Below, in pieces: positions 9,926 to 23,589 of a stretch of DNA of 32,664 bases. Under the pieces are notes generated by a model. That model made no database searches, was not told the origin of the DNA, and saw only the letters and a program-made list of their open reading frames with translations. This stretch comes from Sphacelaria rigidula (taxonomy: Eukaryota), in contig CAXNAA020000038.1 in NCBI GenBank assembly GCA_964200075.2, positions 1 to 32,664 of the forward strand, written 5' to 3'. Position 1 is the first letter of the stretch. Every line of letters starts with the position of its first letter. The translations under genes and the position numbers were made by a program.

Positions 9926-12900
9926 GGGAGAGACGACTGCTCAGCATCAGATTTTGACTGGGTGGTGCTCTTTCCACGTTGCGATCGGTCATGTTCCCGT
10001 AGACTGCCGGTCCCGCGTGCACTCGCTTCCATGGAAGCGTGTATCCTATCGTCATTTTCGACATTAGAAGTCCCGATACGCGGAGCCTCCTCCCCGACTT
10101 CGCTCAACTCGTGTTTTTCGCCAATGGTCGTAGTTTGTCCTTCGCAAATATCCGCATTTTGGAGACTGTGGCCAAGCTCGATAGCATCTGTAGACATGCC
10201 AACAATAGTCGGTCGATCATGAACCCGTCCTGTCTCTCCGATCATCTTTTCTCGCAAATCGCCGACGTCCTTGGCGTGGTAAACACGTCGCTCTGCCTTG
10301 CAGCCACTGGGCTCATTTGCACTACCAACAGGAGCGATCGCAGGATCTACTGTGGTACAATGCGACGGATTTCCGCCGGGAATGTCGAAGGAGGATCCAT
10401 CCCACGCCATGTGAAACTCGTCCATCGTCTCCATTGTATCCATAGTATCTCCTCCGACGGAAACGCTCGGTGAAGAATCCTCGGCGACCGGGTTGTGTGG
10501 CCTGGAGTCGTTGTGCAGGATATTCTCGTCCGCGGATGCCTTCACTGTACCGTCGACTGGCGGCGACTTTCGTATTTCGTTGCTTGTTCGGCCGCTACCG
10601 AAGCATTCATCTTCCGTACTATGTGCTTTTTTCGCACCTTGTAGGAAACGATCACTATCCAGCTCAATGATATTGCTCCTCAACGCCTCGTCCATCAGAA
10701 TCTCCTTGTCTTCCAAGACTTGCTCCGTGGCGTCATCTGAGGGCTCCTCTCCAGCACACTTGGTTTCATCTTCTCCTACGGAGGAGGCCGCTTGCTGCCG
10801 TCGTGTTTCATTGTTGCTGCCCCCTTTCCAAAACCAACTACTGATCTTCGAGAGCACCCCATTGGTAGTGTCATGTAAACATGCGGACGATCCACAGCTA
10901 CTTGCACTTCCTCTCTGCGAACCTGACTGACTTCCCGCACCCGATCCATAATCTTCGGCATTTCCCTCTCCTCCCCTGACATCCACCGCTACTCCTTCCA
11001 TGATACTATCCTCCACGTCCCGTTGATCAGCCAACCTAGCCCGCGGATGAGTTTTCGTCAAACCTTCGAGCGCCCGAAGCATCTGTCTACCGGCGTCTGG
11101 CCCCGCGGCACGAGACGCCAGCTCAATCAGCGATAATGTGGCCTCGACATGGTCATAGTCAATCACTTCAGGTGTCGGAACAGTGCCCTCGGATGCCGAG
11201 CGCGCATCTCGATTCGCTCCCGGTTTATACGCACGTCGAGGTTTGGGAGAAACGGTGTGCCCCCGTGCCCGGGCAAGCGCACCTCGAGCATCTTCCGCTG
11301 CACGCAAGACTATACCTTCCCGCGTAAAGGAATCGATTTCCCCTCGAAGTTTAACGAGGATGTTATCATACAGGCCTTGTATTCCGTCGACACTGTGTGG
11401 TCGCTGTGAAATTGGCGGAATTGTTTCACCATTCGATGGCTGTTGCGGCGCTGTCATTTTTTCGTTTCTCAGCATTATCCTTGAGGACAATACGTTAGCC
11501 TCCTCCTTTGTTTCCGTTCCGCTGTCCGGACATGCACCCTGGATCTGGCCGGTGACACCTTGTTGACGAAACCGCACTTCATCGCTCCCAGCAGCAGGAT
11601 GCGCTCCGACGGATAAACATGGAGTGTCGACAGATACTATCATGCAGCGCTTACTGTCATCGCCAGGTCCGTTCATTTCGTCTCCCCTGTCCACAACCCA
11701 GGCCCCTTGTGACAATGGAGTGTATCGCAAGCGATCCTGGAAGAACCGTACATCAATGCCTTCCGATTGCCCAGGTGCTGCCTTGTCACCGACACCACTC
11801 AGCGCACAGTCGATTTCGCCGGACTTGCGACGTCTCATACGCGAATCCACTTCTTTCCAAGTATCGACGGGTTGCGTAGCATCCTTTACCGCGTTCCCTC
11901 GACGTCCCCCTGTAGGTTTAACATTACAACTCTGCTCTGATCTCTTCGCTTTTCCTGCCGTACTATGTCTGAAGCTCTTCGTCGGCTTCATGAAGCTTTT
12001 GCGCTGCGATTGGTGCACCGTATCCGTTTTATCCCACAATTCAGAACCATCCTCAAATTCCTCTCGAAATTGCCGCATCCATCCCGCCTCGAAATCGGGG
12101 CTATCACCAGGCGCTCTAACTGGCATTGATTTTCCTCCGGACCCATAAAAAAAGCTCTGGTTCACCAAAAGCCCTCCCGCAGTTTCTCGACTTGGTGACT
12201 GTGCCCACGGTGAAGGGCGGTGCGTCTGATTTGAATCCGGCGTGTTTTGAGGCGAACGTGGTGTTGAAGGGGCGGTTTCCATCTCGGCTCGACCCGCATC
12301 ACCTTCGATTGTGTTGGCGACGCCGAGCTTGCTAAGTGGCCGCTTCATGTTAGTTCTCCAGGGGCGGGAGGTATGTCGCACGGAATTCGTCCCAAGTCGA
12401 CGAGACAAGTTCCAGAACATGGATGATTGTTGATGTTGTTGTTGTTGTTGGATCATCTGACAGCCACACCAGGTGGACACGGCTAATGACGGTTCTGGTC
12501 CCGAAGTCGCGTCCGGAACAACGGATATGCTCGAATTTCTGCGTATTTCTGACACTGCCTTCAACATTTTCGCAGTATCTGACCCCCAGGTATTATTATT
12601 CTTGGGAGCATTTGACGAACACTTCCTGTTCATCATAAGGGGTTCGGCTGTCCACGACCTCAATGCTTGCCAACGTGCCAGCGTGGCAGGGTCATTCGTT
12701 CCGCCAGGCATGCGTCGATGCGATGTGCTCGACCGCATACGCCCCTCTGCGTTCGACACTTTGTCTTGGTCACCTCCCGCATCACTCGCAAACGCTGCGC
12801 TACCCTCTCCTGGCGATACAGCAGTTTCGGTGGGCACCTTCTCATTAGTACCCGTATCACCGTCGATAAGGTGGGTCGCAAAGTTGTTGGTGGATCTGTC

Positions 12901-13042
12901 TGCGGCTTCCTTGATGCTGCGTGCTACTTCGTCTCGCTCTGCTGCGTCCTCGAGGTTTTTCTCCCAGGTAGCCCAGTCTTCTAGCATGGCAATTATTGCG
13001 GCATTGCTCTGGTCTTTGATGTGTACACTCGACCCGCCCAAC
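9926..13042 (-). CDS. 3,117-nt exon encoding ~1,039 aa of mostly disordered S/G/D/E/R-rich protein with a short polyQ tract
   Basis: 1061-codon ORF, far beyond chance length. Acceptor cattttccatcacAG| at 13043; the ORF stop is part of the donor GTGAGT at 9925. Phase 2/2. Confidence 0.75.
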
Positions 13043-13984
13043 CTGTGATGGAAAATGGTGATGTTCGGGCGCTGGATTCTCTGTACTGCGCAGGGACATT
13101 GGTACATTCAAACCTATGCACCAAGTTCGGCTTCGGCATGAATAGCTCGAAACTACCCGATTCTCAGAAAAGGAGTAATTCAGTGCTATCTGTTGGCTAA
13201 GCAACACAAACGGGAAAGCTCGCAACTAGTACAGCGGAGTAAAAGGTGCTCGTAGATCACTTGGAAGCACCGATTATATCAGCGTTGACTCAATCGACAC
13301 CTTCTGACGGTTGGATCGTGTTTCGAAGTTAGGTGCAGTCACTCGATCTCGGATTTTTTTCACACCATGTCCAACAGTGGAGAGCGACTATGTCGTGGGT
13401 ACACAAACTCGACTTCACGGTCGACAGGGCAAAGGGGCCGCTGAGCCCCTCTCGAGATTAAAAAAAAAGGCAAGCACCGCAAAAAGAAGAGGGGGCACTG
13501 TAACAAAAGAAAAAAGTTTAAATCTCCAGTGTTGGCCTTCTTCCTGTGTGACCCTGGCTGATGCGCCCACATGTCGTACACCGAAATGTGTAGACTGGCT
13601 TCCAGAATAGATGGGACGCAACACAACATATACATGCGTCGTGTAACCTTGAGGTCACAGAGCACTCCTGGCGACGTTGAAGGAAATATTCGTAAACTTG
13701 CCTCTTGGTGCCGACGGTGGCCTAGGCTGTACATACTCTTACCAACTCCACGGAAATGAATCTACGCAAGGAAATCCGAGGGTGTCCGTCCGGTCTTAAG
13801 CGAAGGCGCAGACCGTGCGGCAATCGGCAGGCTGCTTCAGATCATACCGATGGGCTTGTTCGGCAAAAATGGCCCCTGACCAGGGACGCCCGGAGGGCCG
13901 CCGGAGGCGAGCTTACGGGGGTATAAGCACACCTTCATCATGAAATCATTTGAAAACATGAAGAAGTAAAATTCGACCTAGAAC

Positions 13985-14508
13985 ATTTCCTCGCCTGAGA
14001 CCGTTTCTGACGATTGGTTTGGGGGAAGAGGGGAGGAGCGGATTTTTCAGTTTGGGGATACTTGTTCCAGTCTTGGACCCCCGAATAGGAATATCGCCAT
14101 CAAACGTCTTGAACACTTTGCGTCGCTCCACCGAAAGGAGTCTAGCCCACGTTTACGATCCGCCTGGCTCCGAGGTTTCGATAATGGCCTCTCAACAAAA
14201 ATCCAGCTGGACATGAAAACATGTGAGCACGATGTGGAAGATCGAAAATCGCTACAGAAAACGGTAGGTACCGCACATTCTCTTGTCCAGTCGGTTCTGT
14301 TCAGAGACCATTCTCGAAACCTCGGAGTCAGATGGATCAGAAAAGTGCGCTAGACTCCTCTCGGTGGGGTGATGCAAAATGTCGAAGACATGCGATGGCG
14401 GTATTCCCTGTTTGGGAGCCAAAGACAGAATCAAGTATCCCAAAAACGAAAAATCCGCCCCCACCAAACAAACAATCGTAAGAAATGATCTGAGATGGCG
14501 AGAAAAAA
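13985..14508. mobile_element. Foldback/MITE-like element: ~240-bp imperfect inverted arms with a ~48-bp spacer
   Basis: Arm 13985-14225 aligns to the reverse complement of 14274-14508 along its length, e.g. perfect CTCCGAGGTTTCGA 14168-14181 vs TCGAAACCTCGGAG 14314-14327. No TSD identified. Confidence 0.75.
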
Positions 14509-15861
14509 CGGACCCAATTGTTTTCGTCACCTTCGGCGATTTGGATCGTTCTGCACGTTTTTCCCTTGCGGCGAAAATTATGCACTGCAAAGTTGCTTGG
14601 TGCGGCAAGCCGTGTATGCCACATTGCAAAACACTACGGTGCAAAGCGTGAGCTTTGTTCTCATTTTCACTCCGCCTAGTGGGGAGCTGCAGGAATGCAA
14701 CACCTATCTGAAGCTCTGGCGTTCATCCATGCAACGTACACGTGTCCTAGAATATAGTCGGATACGTACTCGTAAGCACAATCAACCCTGGTACGCCGTG
14801 CATCTGGACACCTCACAGGCAAAGCGTCTCTACTGCGATCATAACCCATGGGCCCTGCAGGTTGTATCGCGCCGAGTATTGTCGTCGGTTGAATCTTTGC
14901 CGTCAATAGATTGTCTACCTGTGCAGAATCCACGAACTGTGCTGCAACATACATCACACGCTGAACGAGAGTGCCTTTGCAGATTGCGAAACGCTGAGAA
15001 ACAAAGCAGAGAACTGAAGAGGAAACGAAAAATGGGTGTGGACTAGGGTGCGGGTCGGAGACGAACGCTGCACGATACTTGCTCCGTGGTAGCTACGACA
15101 GTACGACTGGGGTGCGGTTCTACTGCAGTAGCAGAAAAGGATCCAGGAAAATTCCATATCTCTACTTCATGCGGCGAAAAATAGCACAGAGTAGACGACC
15201 TTTAGATATGGTATTTATTCAATCGGCATTGTTTCACAGAGGATTCGTCACCTTAACTAAAGAGTTCAAAGGTCGGTCGGCATTGGAAGAAGGTCGTCCG
15301 CAGGACATATTTCCCAACTTTGTGTTGTCGGAGCGATACAGAGTAAAACCCTGTTCATCGAGGGGGTGTTATTGACCTCATGTGGGCGAAGAACATGGCT
15401 TTTCGTTTGTAGCTACATAAATATATATCGATAAGACGGAAAACCTGGAGCCATGGAATTGTTCATTATAACCGTCCGGATCGGTTCGGTCGAGGGAAAT
15501 ATCGAAAAGCGAGAACCTGGGGATGTACACTTGTAGGACCCACAAAGACCGGTGATCCCATATCCCGTTCAAAATTGGTCGTAGATGATACGTTTTTTTC
15601 GAAACCTGTGTCGGGCACTCAAATCTCGATTCCGAAGGTTTGGGAACAAACAGAAGCCGTGACGAGTCGTGGTAACCGGAAAACCTGAACAATCGCTTTC
15701 AATCGAAAGTGCGAAGTTTCAAGTTTGATGTCTGTACTACAACATCACAAATTAAAAACATTTTAAAGCGAGTGACGCTTCGCTTACCCTACAGCAGAAT
15801 ATAGTACCGTGAGAGTCAAACACAGAGAGGTGTGCGTGATCAACCTCTCGATCTCCCTTAC

Positions 15862-16121
15862 ATTTCTCGGCAGATCGTTTGAGAATTGGCTCCCACATCT
15901 TCCTTCCGGGGCACATTCCTCTCCGTGTTGTTATCCCTGTTGTTGCAACTCCTGTTGCCACTAGAGGGCGCTCCTGCTTCCCCATCTCGCTGGAGCTCGC
16001 CACCGTCAGCGGTGATTACTACTCCACCAGCAATAACATTTGTCGGCGGGCTTCGGTTGTTGGTGGTGCTACGTTCTGCGTCGGACACAGGGCCGCCCGC
16101 TGGCATCCCAGATATCCCTCC
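15862..16121 (-). CDS. Candidate upstream exon of the large gene (GGISGMPAGGPVSDAERSTTNNRSPP...)
   Basis: Acceptor ctcattagcAG| at 16122, donor AT|GTAAGG at 15861; 260 nt, ends in phase 2, compatible with the 13042 acceptor. Composition resembles the other disordered exons. Confidence 0.35.
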
Positions 16122-17284
16122 CTGCTAATGAGACCCAAGCACCGGAAAAGACCTGGCTCAGGACGCTGCAGGTCGTATGTGCAGGTCAAGCCACACTAGT
16201 TCACTCTTTTTAGCGATCGGATGCGGCAGCATAATATATTTCGAACGATGCAGCGGCTGGCACTAGCGTAGCCCACCTCACGGTTTTTCATTCACGACTG
16301 ATGACTCGTGCAAGAGAAAGAATGCTATGATCCGTCTCCAGAAAGAAATGCAGTACGCAGCAGAGAGAGTATTCCGAGAAACAGGATCCTAGGGATTGAA
16401 CCCTCAATTGGCTTGGTTAATCGTCAGCCTAGTTCTTCTAGTAGCATATGTAAACGTCGCGTTCTGCTAGTGCGTCCTGCTCGCTGTACCATACTTTTTG
16501 GTTTAAGGTGCAGCCCATGCTGAGGTCGGTTCAAGTGCGGACTCTTCACAGGGAGGACGTTACGCCGCAAAACGCGGTGGAATACGCCGATATGACGTAG
16601 TATTACACCCATTGTCATCAGTGTCCAAGCTGTTAGAGGAACACTGTATGGCGGCGAAGGTGATCAACAGTCTTCTGTTGACCGGTGAGGTGCACGGATA
16701 TTTTTTTGATCCTGCGAGGCATGACTTGTTTTTATTTCCTAGATACGATCTGCCTGGTGGACGCAGTGCAGGATTGACTCAGGCGTAAATGATGTGTTGC
16801 CCCACTCACTGGCCGCGGTGTGTGCTTTTTTTGCGTCATCAACAGCGATAAGTTCATCACTCTGACCGAGAACTACTGAGCTGTCCCAACACAGTGCACA
16901 GCAGCAGCAGTAGCAGCGGTAGCGGCGATGAATTCCTGTCTTGCTTGCCGCAGCTCCGCGGCTGATTTGGTGTCACGTGCTTTCTCACCCCCTGGAAACG
17001 CAAGCACCGAATGGGGTCAACACAATCAATGAAGCACGCACCTGCACAAAATCTAATATGCAGTTATGGATATCTCTGCAGTCTTCCAAGGCCCCTGTCT
17101 CCGTTTTGTCCATCATGAGGTATTTGCGGTACAACTCGCTAGAATTGAGTTCCTGCCAACCCGAAAGCCATTTCCGTTCTCGCCCTCAGAAACACGATCG
17201 TGGTGTTGGGTCTGGTTTAGTGTCACGGTTTATACCACCCCTCCAAAAACAAGGCACGGTGGAGTCAACAGAGTCGATGAAGCA

Positions 17285-17650
17285 GACATTACTGTACTGA
17301 TGTAGTGTCCTGCACTGTATTACCCTAGGGTACCAAGGTACGACACCGTACTCGAAGGACTATCGCCTGCCTGCTCTTCGGCTTCATGCACGAGTACGCA
17401 GTACCACATTCATACAGAAAATGACCGTCTGTGTATAGAACCGTTCCACAAATTTGTGATACTGTACTGTCTGTACCATAAAACGGTCACCCCGATTTTT
17501 AGTCCTCGAATTTGACTCCCCTCGTTTTTTTTCAAAATCGGGGTCCCGAAAAAATCGAGGTTTATTGCCATAAAAGTGGGTCTTACGTCTACATTCAGGG
17601 CGTGTCTTCGCACTTTTTTGCGGTCGTTTTTTTTTGCCGATCTGATAGGT
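17285..17650 (+). repeat. Left copy of a diverged inverted repeat pair
   Basis: AGGGTACCAAGGTACGAC 17327-17344 matches the reverse complement of 25629-25646 at 17/18. TGCCTGCTCTTCGGCTTCA 17368-17386 matches that of 25583-25601 at 18/19. Colinear similarity continues to ~17592. Confidence 0.8.
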
Positions 17651-18465
17651 CCCCCGCATTCATGTTTCTAGAAGTCTAAGACACAGGCCTGCGGACAGCA
17701 GGTGTGACTTATCTAACCCGGACGATAGTTGTGTTTAGGTGGTAGTTTCTCACTCGGTGAAAGGGTACGGAGTGTGCGGAGCCGCAACGTGGACTTGAAC
17801 CGGACGGACTTTGCAAGGCAGGGCTTGGGTTGGAACTCAGTGTGGCCGGGTTGGGGGGCTCCGGACGGGAAGCTTCACAGACGGGATTATGACGAGCCCA
17901 GACTGGGGATTGGAGGATGACATTCCCAGAGTGACAGGCCCAGGAAGACGGTCCGGGTTGACTAGCCCGGAGTTGTTAGTGAGCGGGTCGGGTCATATAG
18001 AGGTCATAATACCCCCCCAGCTACAGCAGTGTTAACGCGCGACTCCGCTGAACCTAAATAGAGAGTGGGATTTCAACCTCTAGGGACAAGACCTGACGAG
18101 TTTAGTAACATCTAATCCACTAATGTGGCATGAGGCGTTCCACGAGATGTTGTGGAGATATGCGCACATCGGATGACACTTACAACGGAGGAGCAAACAT
18201 ATAAATATTTGTAGTCAGTTTGACAACGAAGCTGCAGGGTTTTGACAGATGTATTGGCGGACATACGGGTATGTGGGGCAGAACGATTTTTGCCCAAACA
18301 TGGAAACTTGTGACAGACGTGTGACTGCTGAAAAATAATTTACTGAAGTGTGGTGAAAGACGGGACTTAAAACCATGACGGTTTCAACTTTGGCCGAAGA
18401 CATCAAAATTTTCCACCACTACTTGGAGCATGGTTGTAGTAACTTGACAAATGACTAGACGTGAC

Positions 18466-19498
18466 TGTGACGAGATACGACGAAGATTTGTACAAATGAC
18501 GGGTACATGCAATGATGTGCGCAAAAATAATGTTCGCCGGGGTCTTCATCCATCAGCATAGTACATCGAATTTTCCCTGTAATTGATCCATTAGTGAACG
18601 TGGACATTTCTGAAATTTCCTCCATGTGTCATTCCAACAACCTGGGGTCCTAATCCAGCAGGTGTGTAATGTCAACACTTCGGACTCGTCAAGAATTGTC
18701 AGAGATTTCATTTCGTTTTGACGAAAGTGGACACGAGTCGAGTGCGGGTGATGTTTCAAAATTGCTGGGTTTACCAACACTCAAATGACAACCATGACGG
18801 ACGACACTCAACATTTTTTTTATTAGTGAAGGTGACATCAAGTGGTTACGGACTATACGAGCACACAACATGGCAACCGGATGGGGCCCTAATCCATCAG
18901 TGGTGTGGTGTTGGTGTACGTTTTCCAATTATATGCTCATCTTCGACAACGAAGAGTGTAGTTGACAATGCCCAAAAGAAACAGTATTTAATTCGCTGAA
19001 CTGACGAGTATAAGCAAGAAGCGCTTGGCTTCGTCGATACCGTCGAAGACGTTTCCGGTGAGTGACCAGTCCAGGGAACCAAACTGGGGTAGCTCAACAC
19101 GGAAGAACAGTGAGCCACTGTTTACGGGGACGTGATCATGTTGAACCAGCATAAACGGTGCCAACATGGCAATTCAATACATATCGTAAAAGAGTGCACA
19201 AATCTGTACGAGAGACAGTGTGACGCACGCAATTATGATGGACACAACAAAAGCATCCTGCGGACGATGACATAAAAGCAAACAAGAGATGCGGGATAAA
19301 GTGTGCATAACTATGCTTATTGATGTAATCAGTTTCGAGTGATGTGTAAAGCACTCGGAGACGTGAGTGGGCCTTTTCCAAATTTTCAAATATGAAAACA
19401 AAATTGGACACAAAGGTAGACTGACGAAATGCCATCTCGAGAACAAGACGTGATAGCAATTGCACAGATCGACTACACTGAAATACATCCTCGTATCA
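18466..19498 (-). repeat. Putative 3' LTR of the Gypsy element; start at 19498 supported, far end uncertain
   Basis: The minus strand reads G14 then TGATACGAGGAT, i.e. PPT followed by TG. The best imperfect terminal inverted match seen is TGTGACGAGAT at 18466. No second LTR copy was found to confirm. Confidence 0.35.
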
Positions 19499-19512
19499 CC
19501 CCCCCCCCCCCC
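19499..19512 (-). other. Polypurine tract (G14) of the retrotransposon
   Basis: C14 run on the plus strand immediately abutting ...CGTATCA, ~450 bp downstream of the pol end. Confidence 0.6.
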
Positions 19513-19974
19513 TGCTAGATCACCAGGAAAGAGACTCAAAAGACACATTTGAAACGCGACAGCTAACGAAGGCGGTCGGCTCGAGAGGTACAGATCGCAT
19601 ACATGAGGACGTATGTACACACTCAAGTCCAACTGTAGGGCGCCGTATATCACCCCAGTTGACGTACACACACAAGTGAAGAAGCATGTTCACTTGAGGT
19701 TCGGACACAAGAACCAAGACGAGGTGCAGAATACACCGGTACACCTATGGCGAACGACGCGTGCCGACAACTAGCATGTACACACGGCACCAAAACGTGA
19801 CGAAACCACGAACTTGCCAAAAACATAAAAGGTGTACGGACATAGCTATTGGTAGTCCCCACGGAGTTGCTACTTTTTGCTGTTCAACAATGCGGGGAAC
19901 ATCGAAGGCTCACGAATCATTCGATAAAGTGATGACCCGATAAGATTCCACCATCTCCCGACACTGGAGAACCT

Positions 19975-21300
19975 CTCAATGATGCTTCCAGATGCCAATC
20001 GCTGGTGCACGACCTTTCAACATGGTACTTGAAGTTGTTCGAAGACGCACTGCCAACGCCTCGCTCATGACCATCGATGGCATCGACCATATAGGGACCC
20101 TGCTTGGCAACAGCAGGGGAACCTTCGAGGGCTGGGACTGGTGACGGATGCACTTAAAACAAAATGTCGTCCCGGGCTGCAAAATCGGGGACAGACAAGT
20201 TGAGGGTGAAAGGTACATTTTCAATCTTCCGACGAAAACGGTGATATGACTTATATCGCCGTCTTTACTGACGCAAGATATGACTGGGGACAACTCTGCA
20301 CGGACCGTACATGAACCGCGCCACGGGCTGATTAGTTTGGGATTTGGACCATCAGTCGCCGTGCAGGGACGGTGGAGCAGTACTTGCTCTCCCATGTTCA
20401 AGTGGGAAATGACACATTAGCTTTGACGGATGCTTGTGAATCAGCTCGCTCTTTACGATTACGTCGGGCTAACTTGTACACAAGTTGTAACCGCTCGACC
20501 GCTCGACGGTCTGCCTAGAATACTCCGACGATGACTGTGGAGCCGATGTTGACGGGACACCGAGAATGACATCTACTGTAACACTGCAGGGCAGCCAAAC
20601 ATGACGAAGTGGGGCGTTTCTTGCAGCGTAGTAAAGTAGGCAGTATTATATGCGAATTGGCAGAAGGGCAAAAAATCAACCCAAATGCGACATGCAATAT
20701 CGTTGTACATAGCGAGCATGTTGTAGACGGTACTGTGAACACGCTCAGGGACGGAGTTGCCTTGGGGACGATAGGCAGGTGAGAGTTTTTTGTACCCAAA
20801 GACAGTTTGAAGTTATTTGACAAGTTGATCTTCAAACTCTTTGGTTGGTCTGAACGTGACGGTCCTGATGGACTGAAGACAGAAATAACATGTGTGACTA
20901 GCTGAAGGGTCACGATAGTCGCGAGCTTGTCAGGCTCCGTTATTAAAATGACAAACCGAGTTAAGTGGTCAATGATGGACAAAATGTACCGGTTACCCCG
21001 AGACAGGGTTTGATACTCGACTAAGTCCACTGCTACACGCTGAAAGACGCAAGTGACTTCTCGGTGTCCCGTGGGGAGCTGAGGTATGCGGCGAGACATT
21101 TTACGGTGTTGACAAGACTGACAATGGTCGATATGCTGTTGCACATCGGAATGGATAAAGAGCCACCAGTACCGGTCTCTAATGCTATCAAAAATGCTTT
21201 GAAGGAGAGGTGACCGCCTGACGCGGGTAAATCATGACACGCATGAATGACTAACGAGCAAAGTACGATGGGTACTACCAGCTGATCACGGGAATCCGAT
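19975..21300 (-). pseudogene. Integrase (HHCC, DDE core, GPY/F module) plus chromodomain-like tail, frameshifted
   Basis: ACHDLPASGGH...HCQSCQ; FQRVAVDLVEY...NRYILSIIDHLTRFV...SDQ; GEQVLL...PKLISPWRG; YMVDAIDGH...FKYHV...W. Confidence 0.9.
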
Positions 21301-21649
21301 CGCTTTCGCAAATTACCCGGTAGGTATTACCCGAAAAGCCGCCCTTCAAGAAGGAAGAAATGACTCATCGTGTACTTGTTTTCATAACGTGGGAGTGGAC
21401 TAGACTCTGGTTTACGCAGGTACGCAAAATATTGACTGTACTCTGCTTCCTGTTGGGCGGTAAACGGGTCGGGATCAACAAGGGGGAACACTGACACAGC
21501 ACTCGCAATCACTCTCTACGGGAGCGATATTGTCCAAGTTGTGAGCTGAGACCTCAAAACTCACGGGGTCACGGCGAATGATACGGTTGATCGTCAGGGA
21601 CATTCCGATATATTGTCGCAAGGCGAGGTTTCGAGACAACATCCTCGCC

Positions 21650-23040
21650 GTGAGTACCGCCAAGCAAACGTGACATCGCGTCGTGCACGACATTTAATTC
21701 ACCCGGGACATGCTTTACTGTAAAATCAAAGCTTTGCAGTTGAATCGACCAATGGGTCAGCATGTTGCTGGTGTCCTGCATCCGATGAAAATGACAGAGC
21801 GCTTGATGATCCGTGTCGACTGTAAAATGTCTTCCCCACAAGAACGAACGGAAATGCATGAGCGTCGAGACTACGCCGCAACATTCTTTGTTGGGTGGGC
21901 TAGTGTGAGGCTGAGAATTGGAAAAAATATCTACTAACGTACGCGATAATACTGACATCATCGAGGAATTTAGAGTTCGGGGTGGTGTCACCCAGAAGAG
22001 CACCCAGAGCAACCTCTGAGGCGTCTCTGTGCACTGCGAACTCTTTCGTGAATCTGGCAATTTCAAGGCTGGTGCACTGGTCAACATACGTTTGATGGGG
22101 TCAAAAGCTGCAGACTATTCAGAGCCCCGAGCTTCCAAGAAGTTATGTTTCTTTTCACAACCTTTTTTTGTGAGAGCGACGAGGGGACCAGTGATTCCGG
22201 CGTAACCTTTGATGAAACGCCTGACAAAAGTCATCATGCCCAAGACTGCCAGAAGTTATTTGATTGACTTGGGGGGCTCGAGGTCGCAGATGGCTGTCAT
22301 GCGGTCTTTACCGATGGAGACACCGTCGGTAGTGATGACGTGACCTATGACTTTCTTAGGATCGAACTGAATTTTGGACGGTTTGAGGATCAGACCTGCT
22401 GCTTGTAATGCGGACAGTATGAGACGAAGGGACTTGAGGTGATCGTCGAATGTATTACTGGTGCACAAAATATCAAACATGTAACGCAGCATACCAGAGT
22501 CTGGACCCAAATGTCCGAAGACGATAGGCATCATACATTCATGCAACGAAGGGGCAGGCATGACACCAAACGGCTTGCGTAAAAATACATATCTACCGGA
22601 CGGGGTAGTGAAACGTGTCTTGTCTACATCCACAGCTGCAGGAAGTTGCCAGAAGGCCGACATGATGCCCGCGACAGGGATAAATAAGCACCGCCTACAG
22701 CGTTCGAACACGTATCCATATTGAACATAGAATACGATTTACGGATTAGATACTCGTTGAGAGTGTTGAGATAACCAGCGCAAATTCTCGGTGAGCCATC
22801 TGCTTTTTTCGCGACGGTACATGACGGAGAACCCCAGGCGCTAGGGCGCTCTGCGATGATCTTCAATTCGAGCATATCTTTGACACACTTCTCGATGGCT
22901 TCGGCTGTACAGGGGTTGGAACGGTACGGTGGTTCGTCGACTGGGATAGTATTTTCGGGGACGCGTAAAGCGTATGGTGCAAGTACCAAGCTCGTGCATA
23001 GACAATGAAAACACCAGCCGGGATTCGGCTCACAAGTCAC
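21650..23040 (-). pseudogene. Reverse transcriptase and RNase H, frameshifted, catalytic YxDD mutated to YMFD (22472-22483)
   Basis: PPYR...PSAWGSP...KKADGSPRIC; AFWQL...KTRFTTPSGRYVFLRKPFG; LTSAPAL; FLWGRHFTVDTDHQAL...WSIQLQSFDFTVKHVPGELNVVHDAMSRL. In-frame stop at 22256. Confidence 0.95.
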
Positions 23041-23589
23041 GAACACGGTCTTGCTGTTCTACTGTGAAGGTGGTATCACGGAAACATGAGACAGGAGTTC
23101 TTGGAGATCATCCTTAGCCTTAACTCGACAGGAGTATGGGGACTTTTGGCTACTGCATTTACGTGCACTTGAGCAGGATCGAATTTAGTGACAGTGTACC
23201 AATTACCAAGAACTAAGCCTGTGGGTAACGACACGGCTTCAGACGATGTGTTTGCAATTTGGACTTCAACAGGACAAGAACTGACCAGTGAGACAAAGTA
23301 CCTGCGACTATCCACGACTCAAAAACGACGGGACGGCCTACTGTTGACATTTGATCCGGTGTGACCAATCGAGGTTCAACAACGACGGCACAGGCACGGA
23401 TAGGGCGACAGACTGTAAACGCTAAAAGGAGCGCCTCGTGAAAAGGTTCGACAGTGACGTGTTCTAGCAAGGGGCCAGATATTTGTGGAGGATCAACCTG
23501 CACTGCTGCTACAGTATACTGTGTTCTGCTTGAAGGTGGGACTGACTGTTGACTACGGTGTACTGCGGCAATAGTAAAGTATCCCGTTG

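Noticed and set aside
5220-13107. Three separate intronless genes (1061, 559 and 510 aa ORFs)
   Set aside because: Two of the ORF stops coincide with GTGAG donors, and acceptors and phases link all three into one spliced model.
14495-15046. 183-aa plus-strand ORF
   Set aside because: Begins inside the foldback arm and shows no recognisable domain.
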